NCBI GenBank assembly: GCA_964016885.1
Contig: OZ024758.1
Coordinates: forward strand, 37,820,001-37,884,000
Direction: 5' to 3'
DNA: 64,000 nt
Origin: Eledone cirrhosa
Taxonomy: Eukaryota
Positions 37,501 to 49,500 of this stretch are shown one piece after another (the first letter of the stretch is position 1; each line of letters opens with the position of its first letter). The notes beneath the pieces were generated by a model that saw only the letters and a list, made by a program, of their open reading frames with translations, made no database searches and was not told where the DNA came from. The translations under genes and the position numbers were made by a program.

Positions 37501-40500
37501 AAGTTCATGGTATTAGCTGTCAGAAGTAACTCCACTGTTGGTGAGAATTCATTTAAGTTCATTGTATTAGCTGTCAGAAGGAACGCCACTGTTGGTGAGA
37601 ATTCATTTAAGTTCATGGTATTAGCTGTCAGAAGTAACTCCACTGTTGGTGAGAATTCATTTAAGTTCATGGTACTAGCTGTCAGAAGTAACTCCAATGT
37701 TGGTGAGAATTCATTTAAGTTCATGGTATTAGCTGTCAGAAGGAACTCCACTGTTGCTGAGAATTCATTTAAGTTCATGGTATTAGCTGTCAGAAGTAAC
37801 TCCACTGTTGGTGAGAATTCATTTAAGTTCATGGTACTAGCTGTCAGAAGTCACTCCACTGTTGGTGAGAATACATTTAAGTTCATGGTACTAGCTGTCA
37901 GAAGTAACCCCAATGTTGGTGAGAATTCATTTAAGTTCATGGTATTAGCTGTCAGAAGTCACTCCAATGTTGGTGAGAATTCATTTAAGTTCATGGTATT
38001 AGCTGTCAGAAGTAACTCCACTGTTGGTAAGAATTCATTTAAGTTCATGGTATTAGCTGTCAGAAGTAACTCCACTGTTGGTGAGAATTCATTTAAGTTC
38101 ATGGTATTAGCTGTCAGAAGGAACGCCACTGTTGGTGAGAATTCATTTAAGTTCATGGTATTAGCTGTCAGAAGTAACTCCACTGTTGGTGAGAATTCAT
38201 TTAAGTTCATGGTACTAGCTGTCAGAAGTAACTCCACTGTTGGTGAGAATTCATTTAAGTTCATGGTATTAGCTGTCAGAAGTCACTCCAATGTTGGTGA
38301 GAATTCATTTAAGTTCATGGTATTAGCTGTCAGAAGTCACTCCACTGTTGGTGAGAATTCATTTAAGTTCATGGTACTAGCTGTCAGAAGTAACCCCAAT
38401 GTTGGTGAGAATTCATTTAAGTTCATGGTATTAGCTGTCAGAAGTCCCTCCAATGTTGGTGAGAATTCATTTAAGTTCATGGTATTAGCTGTCAGAAGTA
38501 ACTCCACTGTTGGTGAGAATTCATTTAAGTTCATGGTATTAGCTGTCAGAAGTAACTCCACTGTTGGTGAGAATTCATTTAAGTTCATGGTATTAGCTGT
38601 CAGAAGTAACTCCACTGTTGGTGAGAATTCATTTAAGTCATGGTATTAGCTGTCAGAAGTAACTCCAATGTTGGTGAGAATTCATTTAAGTTCATGGTAT
38701 TAGCTGTCAGAAGTCACTCCACTGTTGGTGAGAATTCATTTAAGTTCATGGTACTAGCTGTCAGAAGTAACCCCAATGTTGGTGAGAATTCATTTAAGTT
38801 CATGGTATTAGCTGTCAGAAGTCACTCCAATGTTGGTGAGAATTCATTTAAGTTCATGGTATTAGCTGTCAGAAGTCACTCCACTGTTGGTGAGAATTCA
38901 TTTAAGTTCATGGTACTAGCTGTCAGAAGTAACCCCAATGTTGGTGAGAATTCATTTAAGTTCATGGTATTAGCTGTCAGAAGTCACTCCAATGTTGGTG
39001 AGAATTCATTTAAGTTCATGGTATTAGCTGTCAGAAGTAACTCCACTGTTGGTGAGAATTCATTTAAGTTCATGGTATTAGCTGTCAGAAGTAACTCCAC
39101 TGTTGGTGAGAATTCATTTAAGTTCATGGTATTAGCTGTCAGAAGTAACTCCACTGTTGGTGAGAATTCATTTAAGTCATGGTATTAGCTGTCAGAAGTA
39201 ACTCCAATGTTGGTGAGAATTCATTTAAGTTCATGGTATTAGCTGTCAGAAGTCACTCCACTGTTGGTGAGAATTCATTTAAGTTCATGGTACTAGCTGT
39301 CAGAAGTAACCCCAATGTTGGTGAGAATTCATTTAAGTTCATGGTATTAGCTGTCAGAAGTCACTCCAATGTTGGTGAGAATTCATTTAAGTTCATGGTA
39401 TTAGCTGTCAGAAGTAACTCCACTGTTGGTGAGAATTCATTTAAGTTCATGGTATTAGCTGTCAGAAGTAACTCCACTGTTGGTGAGAATTCATTTAAGT
39501 TCATTGTATTAGCTGTCAGAAGGAACGCCACTGTTGGTGAGAATTCATTTAAGTTCATGGTATTAGCTGTCAGAAGTAACTCCACTGTTGGTGAGAATTC
39601 ATTTAAGTTCATGGTACTAGCTGTCAGAAGTAACTCCAATGTTGGTGAGAATTCATTTAAGTTCATGGTATTAGCTGTCAGAAGGAACTCCACTGTTGCT
39701 GAGAATTCATTTAAGTTGATGGTATTAGCTGTCAGAAGTAACTCCACTGTTGGTGAGAATTCATTTAAGTTCATGGTACTAGCTGTCAGAAGTCACTCCA
39801 CTGTTGGTGAGAATACATTTAAGTTCATGGTACTAGCTGTCAGAAGTAACCCCAATGTTGGTGAGAATTCATTTAAGTTCATGGTATTAGCTGTCAGAAG
39901 TCACTCCAATGTTGGTGAGAATTCATTTAAGTTCATGGTATTAGCTGTCAGAAGTAACTCCACTGTTGGTAAGAATTCATTTAAGTTCATGGTATTAGCT
40001 GTCAGAAGTCACTCCACTGTTGGTGAGAATTCATTTAAGTTCATGGTACTAGCTGTCAGAAGTAACCCCAATGTTGGTGAGAATTCATTTAAGTTCATGG
40101 TATTAGCTGTCAGAAGTCACTCCAATGTTGGTGAGAATTCATTTAAGTTCATGGTATTAGCTGTCAGAAGTAACTCCACTGTTGGTGAGAATTCATTTAA
40201 GTTCATGGTATTAGCTGTCAGAGGTAACTCCACTGTTGGTGAGAATTCATTTAAGTCATGGTATTAGCTGTCAGAAGTAACTCCAATGTTGGTGAGAATT
40301 CATTTAAGTTCATGGTATTAGCTGTCAGAAGTCACTCCACTGTTGGTGAGAATTCATTTAAGTTCATGGTACTAGCTGTCAGAAGTAACCCCAATGTTGG
40401 TGAGAATTCATTTACGTTCATGGTATTAGCTGTCAGAAGTCACTCCAATGTTGGTGAGAATTCATTTAAGTTCATGGTATTAGCTGTCAGAAGTAACTCC

Positions 40501-43500
40501 ACTGTTGGTGAGAATTCATTTAAGTTCATGGTATTAGCTGTCAGAAGTAACTCCACTGTTGGTGAGAATTCATTTAAGTTCATTGTATTAGCTGTCAGAA
40601 GGAACGCCACTGTTGGTGAGAATTCATTTAAGTTCATGGTATTAGCTGTCAGAAGTAACTCCACTGTTGGTGAGAATTCATTTAAGTTCATGGTACTAGC
40701 TGTCAGAAGTAACTCCAATGTTGGTGAGAATTCATTTAAGTTCATGGTATTAGCTGTCAGAAGGAACTCCACTGTTGCTGAGAATTCATTTAAGTTCATG
40801 GTATTAGCTGTCAGAAGTCACTCCAATGTTGGTGAGAATTCATTTAAGTTCATGGTATTAGCTGTCAGAAGTCACTCCACTGTTGGTGAGAATTCATTTA
40901 AGTTCATGGTACTAGCTGTCAGAAGTAACCCCAATGTTGGTGAGAATTCATTTAAGTTCATGGTATTAGCTGTCAGAAGTCCCTCCAATGTTGGTGAGAA
41001 TTCATTTAAGTTCATGGTATTAGCTGTCAGAAGTAACTCCACTGTTGGTGAGAATTCATTTAAGTTCATGGTATTAGCTGTCAGAAGTAACTCCACTGTT
41101 GGTGAGAATTCATTTAAGTTCATGGTATTAGCTGTCAGAAGTCACTCCACTGTTGGTGAGAATTCATTTAAGTTCATGGTACTAGCTGTCAGAAGTAACC
41201 CCAATGTTGGTGAGAATTCATTTAAGTTCATGGTATTAGCTGTCAGAAGTCACTCCAATGTTGGTGAGAATTCATTTAAGTTCATGGTATTAGCTGTCAG
41301 AAGTCACTCCACTGTTGGTGAGAATTCATTTAAGTTCATGGTACTAGCTGTCAGAAGTAACCCCAATGTTGGTGAGAATTCATTTAAGTTCATGGTATTA
41401 GCTGTCAGAAGTCACTCCAATGTTGGTGAGAATTCATTTAAGTTCATGGTATTAGCTGTCAGAAGTAACTCCACTGTTGGTGAGAATTCATTTAAGTTCA
41501 TGGTATTAGCTGTCAGAAGTAACTCCACTGTTGGTGAGAATTCATTTAAGTTCATGGTATTAGCTGTCAGAAGTAACTCCACTGTTGGTGAGAATTCATT
41601 TAAGTCATGGTATTAGCTGTCAGAAGTAACTCCAATGTTGGTGAGAATTCATTTAAGTTCATGGTATTAGCTGTCAGAAGTCACTCCACTGTTGGTGAGA
41701 ATTCATTTAAGTTCATGGTACTAGCTGTCAGAAGTAACCCCAATGTTGGTGAGAATTCATTTAAGTTCATGGTATTAGCTGTCAGAAGTCACTCCAATGT
41801 TGGTGAGAATTCATTTAAGTTCATGGTATTAGCTGTCAGAAGTAACTCCACTGTTGGTGAGAATTCATTTAAGTTCATGGTATTAGCTGTCAGAAGTAAC
41901 TCCACTGTTGGTGAGAATTCATTTAAGTTCATTGTATTAGCTGTCAGAAGGAACGCCACTGTTGGTGAGAATTCATTTAAGTTCATGGTATTAGCTGTCA
42001 GAAGTAACTCCACTGTTGGTGAGAATTCATTTAAGTTCATGGTACTAGCTGTCAGAAGTAACTCCAATGTTGGTGAGAATTCATTTAAGTTCATGGTATT
42101 AGCTGTCAGAAGGAACTCCACTGTTGCTGAGAATTCATTTAAGTTGATGGTATTAGCTGTCAGAAGTAACTCCACTGTTGGTGAGAATTCATTTAAGTTC
42201 ATGGTACTAGCTGTCAGAAGTCACTCCACTGTTGGTGAGAATACATTTAAGTTCATGGTACTAGCTGTCAGAAGTAACCCCAATGTTGGTGAGAATTCAT
42301 TTAAGTTCATGGTATTAGCTGTCAGAAGTCACTCCAATGTTGGTGAGAATTCATTTAAGTTCATGGTATTAGCTGTCAGAAGTAACTCCACTGTTGGTAA
42401 GAATTCATTTAAGTTCATGGTATTAGCTGTCAGAAGTCACTCCACTGTTGGTGAGAATTCATTTAAGTTCATGGTACTAGCTGTCAGAAGTAACCCCAAT
42501 GTTGGTGAGAATTCATTTAAGTTCATGGTATTAGCTGTCAGAAGTCACTCCAATGTTGGTGAGAATTCATTTAAGTTCATGGTATTAGCTGTCAGAAGTA
42601 ACTCCACTGTTGGTGAGAATTCATTTAAGTTCATGGTATTAGCTGTCAGAGGTAACTCCACTGTTGGTGAGAATTCATTTAAGTCATGGTATTAGCTGTC
42701 AGAAGTAACTCCAATGTTGGTGAGAATTCATTTAAGTTCATGGTATTAGCTGTCAGAAGTCACTCCACTGTTGGTGAGAATTCATTTAAGTTCATGGTAC
42801 TAGCTGTCAGAAGTAACCCCAATGTTGGTGAGAATTCATTTACGTTCATGGTATTAGCTGTCAGAAGTCACTCCAATGTTGGTGAGAATTCATTTAAGTT
42901 CATGGTATTAGCTGTCAGAAGTAACTCCACTGTTGGTGAGAATTCATTTAAGTTCATGGTATTAGCTGTCAGAAGTAACTCCACTGTTGGTGAGAATTCA
43001 TTTAAGTTCATTGTATTAGCTGTCAGAAGGAACGCCACTGTTGGTGAGAATTCATTTAAGTTCATGGTATTAGCTGTCAGAAGTAACTCCACTGTTGGTG
43101 AGAATTCATTTAGGTTCATGGTACTAGCTGTCAGAAGTAACTCCAATGTTGGTGAGAATTCATTTAAGTTCATGGTATTAGCTGTCAGAAGGAACTCCAC
43201 TGTTGCTGAGAATTCATTTAAGTTCATGGTATTAGCTGTCAGAAGTAACTCCACTGTTGGTGAGAATTCATTTAAGTTCATGGTACTAGCTGTCAGAAGT
43301 CACTCCACTGTTGGTGAGAATACATTTAAGTTCATGGTACTAGCTGTCAGAAGTAACCCCAATGTTGGTGAGAATTCATTTAAGTTCATGGTATTAGCTG
43401 TCAGAAGTCACTCCAATGTTGGTGAGAATTCATTTAAGTTCATGGTATTAGCTGTCAGAAGTAACTCCACTGTTGGTAAGAATTCATTTAAGTTCATGGT

Positions 43501-46500
43501 ATTAGCTGTCAGAAGTAACTCCACTGTTGGTGAGAATTCATTTAAGTTCATGGTATTAGCTGTCAGAAGGAACGCCACTGTTGGTGAGAATTCATTTAAG
43601 TTCATGGTATTAGCTGTCAGAAGTAACTCCACTGTTGGTGAGAATTCATTTAAGTTCATGGTACTAGCTGTCAGAAGTAACTCCACTGTTGGTGAGAATT
43701 CATTTAAGTTCATGGTATTAGCTGTCAGAAGTCACTCCAATGTTGGTGAGAATTCATTTAAGTTCATGGTATTAGCTGTCAGAAGTCACTCCACTGTTGG
43801 TGAGAATTCATTTAAGTTCATGGTACTAGCTGTCAGAAGTAACCCCAATGTTGGTGAGAATTCATTTAAGTTCATGGTATTAGCTGTCAGAAGTCACTCC
43901 AATGTTGGTGAGAATTCATTTAAGTTCATGGTATTAGCTGTCAGAAGTAACTCCACTGTTGGTGAGAATTCATTTAAGTTCATGGTATTAGCTGTCAGAA
44001 GTAACACCACTGTTGGTGAGAATTCATTTAAGTTCATGGTATTAGCTGTCAGAAGTAACTCCACTGTTGGTGAGAATTCATTTAAGTCATGGTATTAGCT
44101 GTCAGAAGTAACTCCAATGTTGGTGAGAATTCATTTAAGTTCATGGTATTAGCTGTCAGAAGTCACTCCACTGTTGGTGAGAATTCATTTAAGTTCATGG
44201 TACTAGCTGTCAGAAGTAACCCCAATGTTGGTGAGAATTCATTTAAGTTCATGGTATTAGCTGTCAGAAGTCACTCCAATGTTGGTGAGAATTCATTTAA
44301 GTTCATGGTATTAGCTGTCAGAAGTCACTCCACTGTTGGTGAGAATTCATTTAAGTTCATGGTACTAGCTGTCAGAAGTAACCCCAATGTTGGTGAGAAT
44401 TCATTTAAGTTCATGGTATTAGCTGTCAGAAGTCACTCCAATGTTGGTGAGAATTCATTTAAGTTCATGGTATTAGCTGTCAGAAGTAACTCCACTGTTG
44501 GTGAGAATTCATTTAAGTTCATGGTATTAGCTGTCAGAAGTAACTCCACTGTTGGTGAGAATTCATTTAAGTTCATGGTATTAGCTGTCAGAAGTAACTC
44601 CACTGTTGGTGAGAATTCATTTAAGTCATGGTATTAGCTGTCAGAAGTAACTCCAATGTTGGTGAGAATTCATTTAAGTTCATGGTATTAGCTGTCAGAA
44701 GTCACTCCACTGTTGGTGAGAATTCATTTAAGTTCATGGTACTAGCTGTCAGAAGTAACCCCAATGTTGGTGAGAATTCATTTAAGTTCATGGTATTAGC
44801 TGTCAGAAGTCACTCCAATGTTGGTGAGAATTCATTTAAGTTCATGGTATTAGCTGTCAGAAGTAACTCCACTGTTGGTGAGAATTCATTTAAGTTCATG
44901 GTATTAGCTGTCAGAAGTAACTCCACTGTTGGTGAGAATTCATTTAAGTTCATTGTATTAGCTGTCAGAAGGAACGCCACTGTTGGTGAGAATTCATTTA
45001 AGTTCATGGTATTAGCTGTCAGAAGTAACTCCACTGTTGGTGAGAATTCATTTAAGTTCATGGTACTAGCTGTCAGAAGTAACTCCAATGTTGGTGAGAA
45101 TTCATTTAAGTTCATGGTATTAGCTGTCAGAAGGAACTCCACTGTTGCTGAGAATTCATTTAAGTTGATGGTATTAGCTGTCAGAAGTAACTCCACTGTT
45201 GGTGAGAATTCATTTAAGTTCATGGTACTAGCTGTCAGAAGTCACTCCACTGTTGGTGAGAATACATTTAAGTTCATGGTACTAGCTGTCAGAAGTAACC
45301 CCAATGTTGGTGAGAATTCATTTAAGTTCATGGTATTAGCTGTCAGAAGTCACTCCAATGTTGGTGAGAATTCATTTAAGTTCATGGTATTAGCTGTCAG
45401 AAGTAACTCCACTGTTGGTAAGAATTCATTTAAGTTCATGGTATTAGCTGTCAGAAGTAACTCCACTGTTGGTGAGAATTCATTTAAGTTCATGGTATTA
45501 GCTGTCAGAAGGAACGCCACTGTTGGTGAGAATTCATTTAAGTTCATGGTATTAGCTGTCAGAAGTAACTCCACTGTTGGTGAGAATTCATTTAAGTTCA
45601 TGGTACTAGCTGTCAGAAGTAACTCCACTGTTGGTGAGAATTCATTTAAGTTCATGGTATTAGCTGTCAGAAGTCACTCCAATGTTGGTGAGACTTCATT
45701 TAAGTTCATGGTATTAGCTGTCAGAAGTCACTCCACTGTTGGTGAGAATTCATTTAAGTTCATGGTACTAGCTGTCAGAAGTAACCCCAATGTTGGTGAG
45801 AATTCATTTAAGTTCATGGTATTAGCTGTCAGAAGTCACTCCAATGTTGGTGAGAATTCATTTAAGTTCATGGTATTAGCTGTCAGAAGTAACTCCACTG
45901 TTGGTGAGAATTCATTTAAGTTCATGGTATTAGCTGTCAGAAGTAACTCCACTGTTGGTGAGAATTCATTTAAGTTCATGGTATTAGCTGTCAGAAGTAA
46001 CTCCACTGTTGGTGAGAATTCATTTAAGTCATGGTATTAGCTGTCAGAAGTAACTCCAATGTTGGTGAGAATTCATTTAAGTTCATGGTATTAGCTGTCA
46101 GAAGTCACTCCACTGTTGGTGAGAATTCATTTAAGTTCATGGTACTAGCTGTCAGAAGTAACCCCAATGTTGGTGAGAATTCATTTAAGTTCATGGTATT
46201 AGCTGTCAGAAGTCACTCCAATGTTGGTGAGAATTCATTTAAGTTCATGGTATTAGCTGTCAGAAGTAACTCCACTGTTGGTGAGAATTCATTTAAGTTC
46301 ATGGTATTAGCTGTCAGAAGTAACTCCACTGTTGGTGAGAATTCATTTAAGTTCATGGTATTAGCTGTCAGAAGTAACTCCACTGTTGGTGAGAATTCAT
46401 TTAAGTTCATGGTATTAGCTGTCAGAAGGAACTCCAATGTTGGTGAGAATTCATTTAAGTCATGGTACTAGCTGTCAGAAGTAACTCCACTGTTGGTGAG

Positions 46501-49500
46501 AATTCATTTAAGTTCATGGTATTAGCTGTCAGAAGGAACGCCACTGTTGGTGAGAATTCATTTAAATTCATGGTATTAGCTGTCAGAAGTAACTCCACTG
46601 TTGGTGAGAATTCATTTAAGTTCATGGTACTAGCTGTCAGAAGTAACTCCAATGTTGGTGAGAATTCATTTAAGTTCATGGTATTAGCTGTCAGAAGTAA
46701 CTCCACTGTTGGTGAGAATTCATTTAAGTTCATGGTATTAGCTGTCAGAAGTCACTCCAATGTTGGTGAGAATTCATTTAAGTCATGGTACTAGCTGTCA
46801 GAAGTAACTCCACTGTTGGTGAGAATTCATTTAAGTTCATTGTATTAGCTGTCAGAAGTAACTCCACTGTTGGTGAGAATTCATTTAAGTTCATGGTACT
46901 AGCTGTCAGAAGTAACTCCAATGTTGGTGAGAATTCATTTAAGTTCATGGTATTAGCTGTCAGAAGTAACCCCAATGTTGGTGAGAATTCATTTAAGTTC
47001 ATGGTATTAGCTGTCAGAAGTCACTCCAATGTTGGTGAGAATTCATTTAAGTTCATGGTATTAGCTGTCAGAAGTAACTCCACTGTTGGTAAGAATTCAT
47101 TTAAGTTCATGGTATTAGCTGTCAGAAGTAACTCCACTGTTGGTGAGAATTCATTTAAGTTCATGGTATTAGCTGTCAGAAAGAACGCCACTGTTGGTGA
47201 GAATTCATTTAAGTTCATGGTATTAGCTGTCAGAAGTAACTCCACTGTTGGTGAGAATTCATTTAAGTTCATGGTACTAGCTGTCAGAAGTAACTCCACT
47301 GTTGGTGAGAATTCATTTAAGTTCATGGTATTAGCTGTCAGAAGTCACTCCAATGTTGGTGAGAATTCATTTAAGTTCATGGTATTAGCTGTCAGAAGTC
47401 ACTCCACTGTTGGTGAGAATTCATTTAAGTTCATGGTACTAGCTGTCAGAAGTAACCCCAATGTTGGTGAGAATTCATTTAAGTTCATGGTATTAGCTGT
47501 CAGAAGTCACTCCAATGTTGGTGAGAATTCATTTAAGTTCATGGTATTAGCTGTCAGAAGTAACTCCACTGTTGGTGAGAATTCATTTAAGTTCATGGTA
47601 TTAGCTGTCAGAAGTAACTCCACTGTTGGTGAGAATTCATTTAAGTTCATGGTATTAGCTGTCAGAAGTAACTCCACTGTTGGTGAGAATTCATTTAAGT
47701 TCATGGTATTAGCTGTCAGAAGTAACTCCACTGTTGGTGAGAATTCATTTACGTCATGGTATTAGCTGTCAGAAGTAACTCCAATGTTGGTGAGAATTCA
47801 TTTAAGTTCATGGTATTAGCTGTCAGAAGTCACTCCACTGTTGGTGAGAATTCATTTAAGTTCATGGTACTAGCTGTCAGAAGTAACCCCAATGTTGGTG
47901 AGAATTCATTTAAGTTCATGGTATTAGCTGTCAGAAGTCACTCCAATGTTGGTGAGAATTCATTTAAGTTCATGGTATTAGCTGTCAGAAGTAACTCCAC
48001 TGTTGGTGAGAATTCATTTAAGTTCATGGTATTAGCTGTCAGAAGTAACTCCACTGTTGGTGAGAATTCATTTAAGTTCATGGTATTAGCTGTCAGAAGT
48101 AACTCCACTGTTGGTGAGAATTCATTTAAGTTCATGGTATTAGCTGTCAGAAGGAACTCCAATGTTGGTGAGAATTCATTTAAGTCATGGTACTAGCTGT
48201 CAGAAGTAACTCCACTGTTGGTGAGAATTCATTTAAGTTCATGGTATTAGCTGTCAGAAGGAACGCCACTGTTGGTGAGAATTCATTTAAATTCATGGTA
48301 TTAGCTGTCAGAAGTAACTCCACTGTTGGTGAGAATTCATTTAGGTTCATGGTACTAGCTGTCAGAAGTAACTCCAATGTTGGTGAGAATTCATTTAAGT
48401 TCATGGTATTAGCTGTCAGAAGTAACTCCACTGTTGGTGAGAATTCATTTAAGTTCATGGTATTAGCTGTCAGAAGTCACTCCAATGTTGGTGAGAATTC
48501 ATTTAAGTCATGGTACTAGCTGTCAGAAGTAACTCCACTGTTGGTGAGAATTCATTTAAGTTCATTGTATTAGCTGTCAGAAGGAACGCCACTGTAGGTG
48601 AGAATTCATTTAAGTTCATGGTATTAGCTGTCAGAAGTAACTCCACTGTTGGTGAGAATTCATTTAAGTTCATGGTACTAGCTGTCAGAAGTAACTCCAG
48701 TGTTGGTGAGAATTCATTTAAGTTCATGGTATTAGCTGTCAGAAGGAACTCCACTGTTGCTGAGAATTCATTTAAGTTCATGGTATTAGCTGTCAGAAGT
48801 AACTCCACTGTTGGTGAGAATTCATTTAAGTTCATGGTACTAGCTGTCAGAAGTCACTCCACTGTTGGTGAGAATACATTTAAGTTCATGGTACTAGCTG
48901 TCAGAAGTAACCCCAATGTTGGTGAGAATTCATTTAAGTTCATGGTATTAGCTGTCAGAAGACACTCCAATGTTGGTGAGAATTCATTTAAGTTCATGGT
49001 ATTAGCTGTCAGAAGTAACTCCACTGTTGGTAAGAATTCATTTAAGTTCATGGTATTTGCTGTCAGAAGTAACTCCACTGTTGGTGAGAATTCATTTAAG
49101 TTCATGGTATTAGCTGTCAGAAGGAACGCCACTGTTGGTGAGAATTCATTTAAGTTCATGGTATTAGCTGTCAGAAGTAACTCCACTGTTGGTGAGAATT
49201 CATTTAAGTTCATGGTACTAGCTGTCAGAAGTAACTCCACTGTTGGTGAGAATTCATTTAAGTTCATGGTATTAGCTGTCAGAAGTCACTCCAATGTTGG
49301 TGAGAATTCATTTAAGTTCATGGTATTAGCTGTCAGAAGTCACTCCACTGTTGGTAAGAATTCATTTAAGTTCATGGTATTAGCTGTCAGAAGTAACTCC
49401 ACTGTTGGTGAGAATTCATTTAAGTTCATGGTATTAGCTGTCAGAAGGAACGCCACTGTTGGTGAGAATTCATTTAAGTTCATGGTATTAGCTGTCAGAA

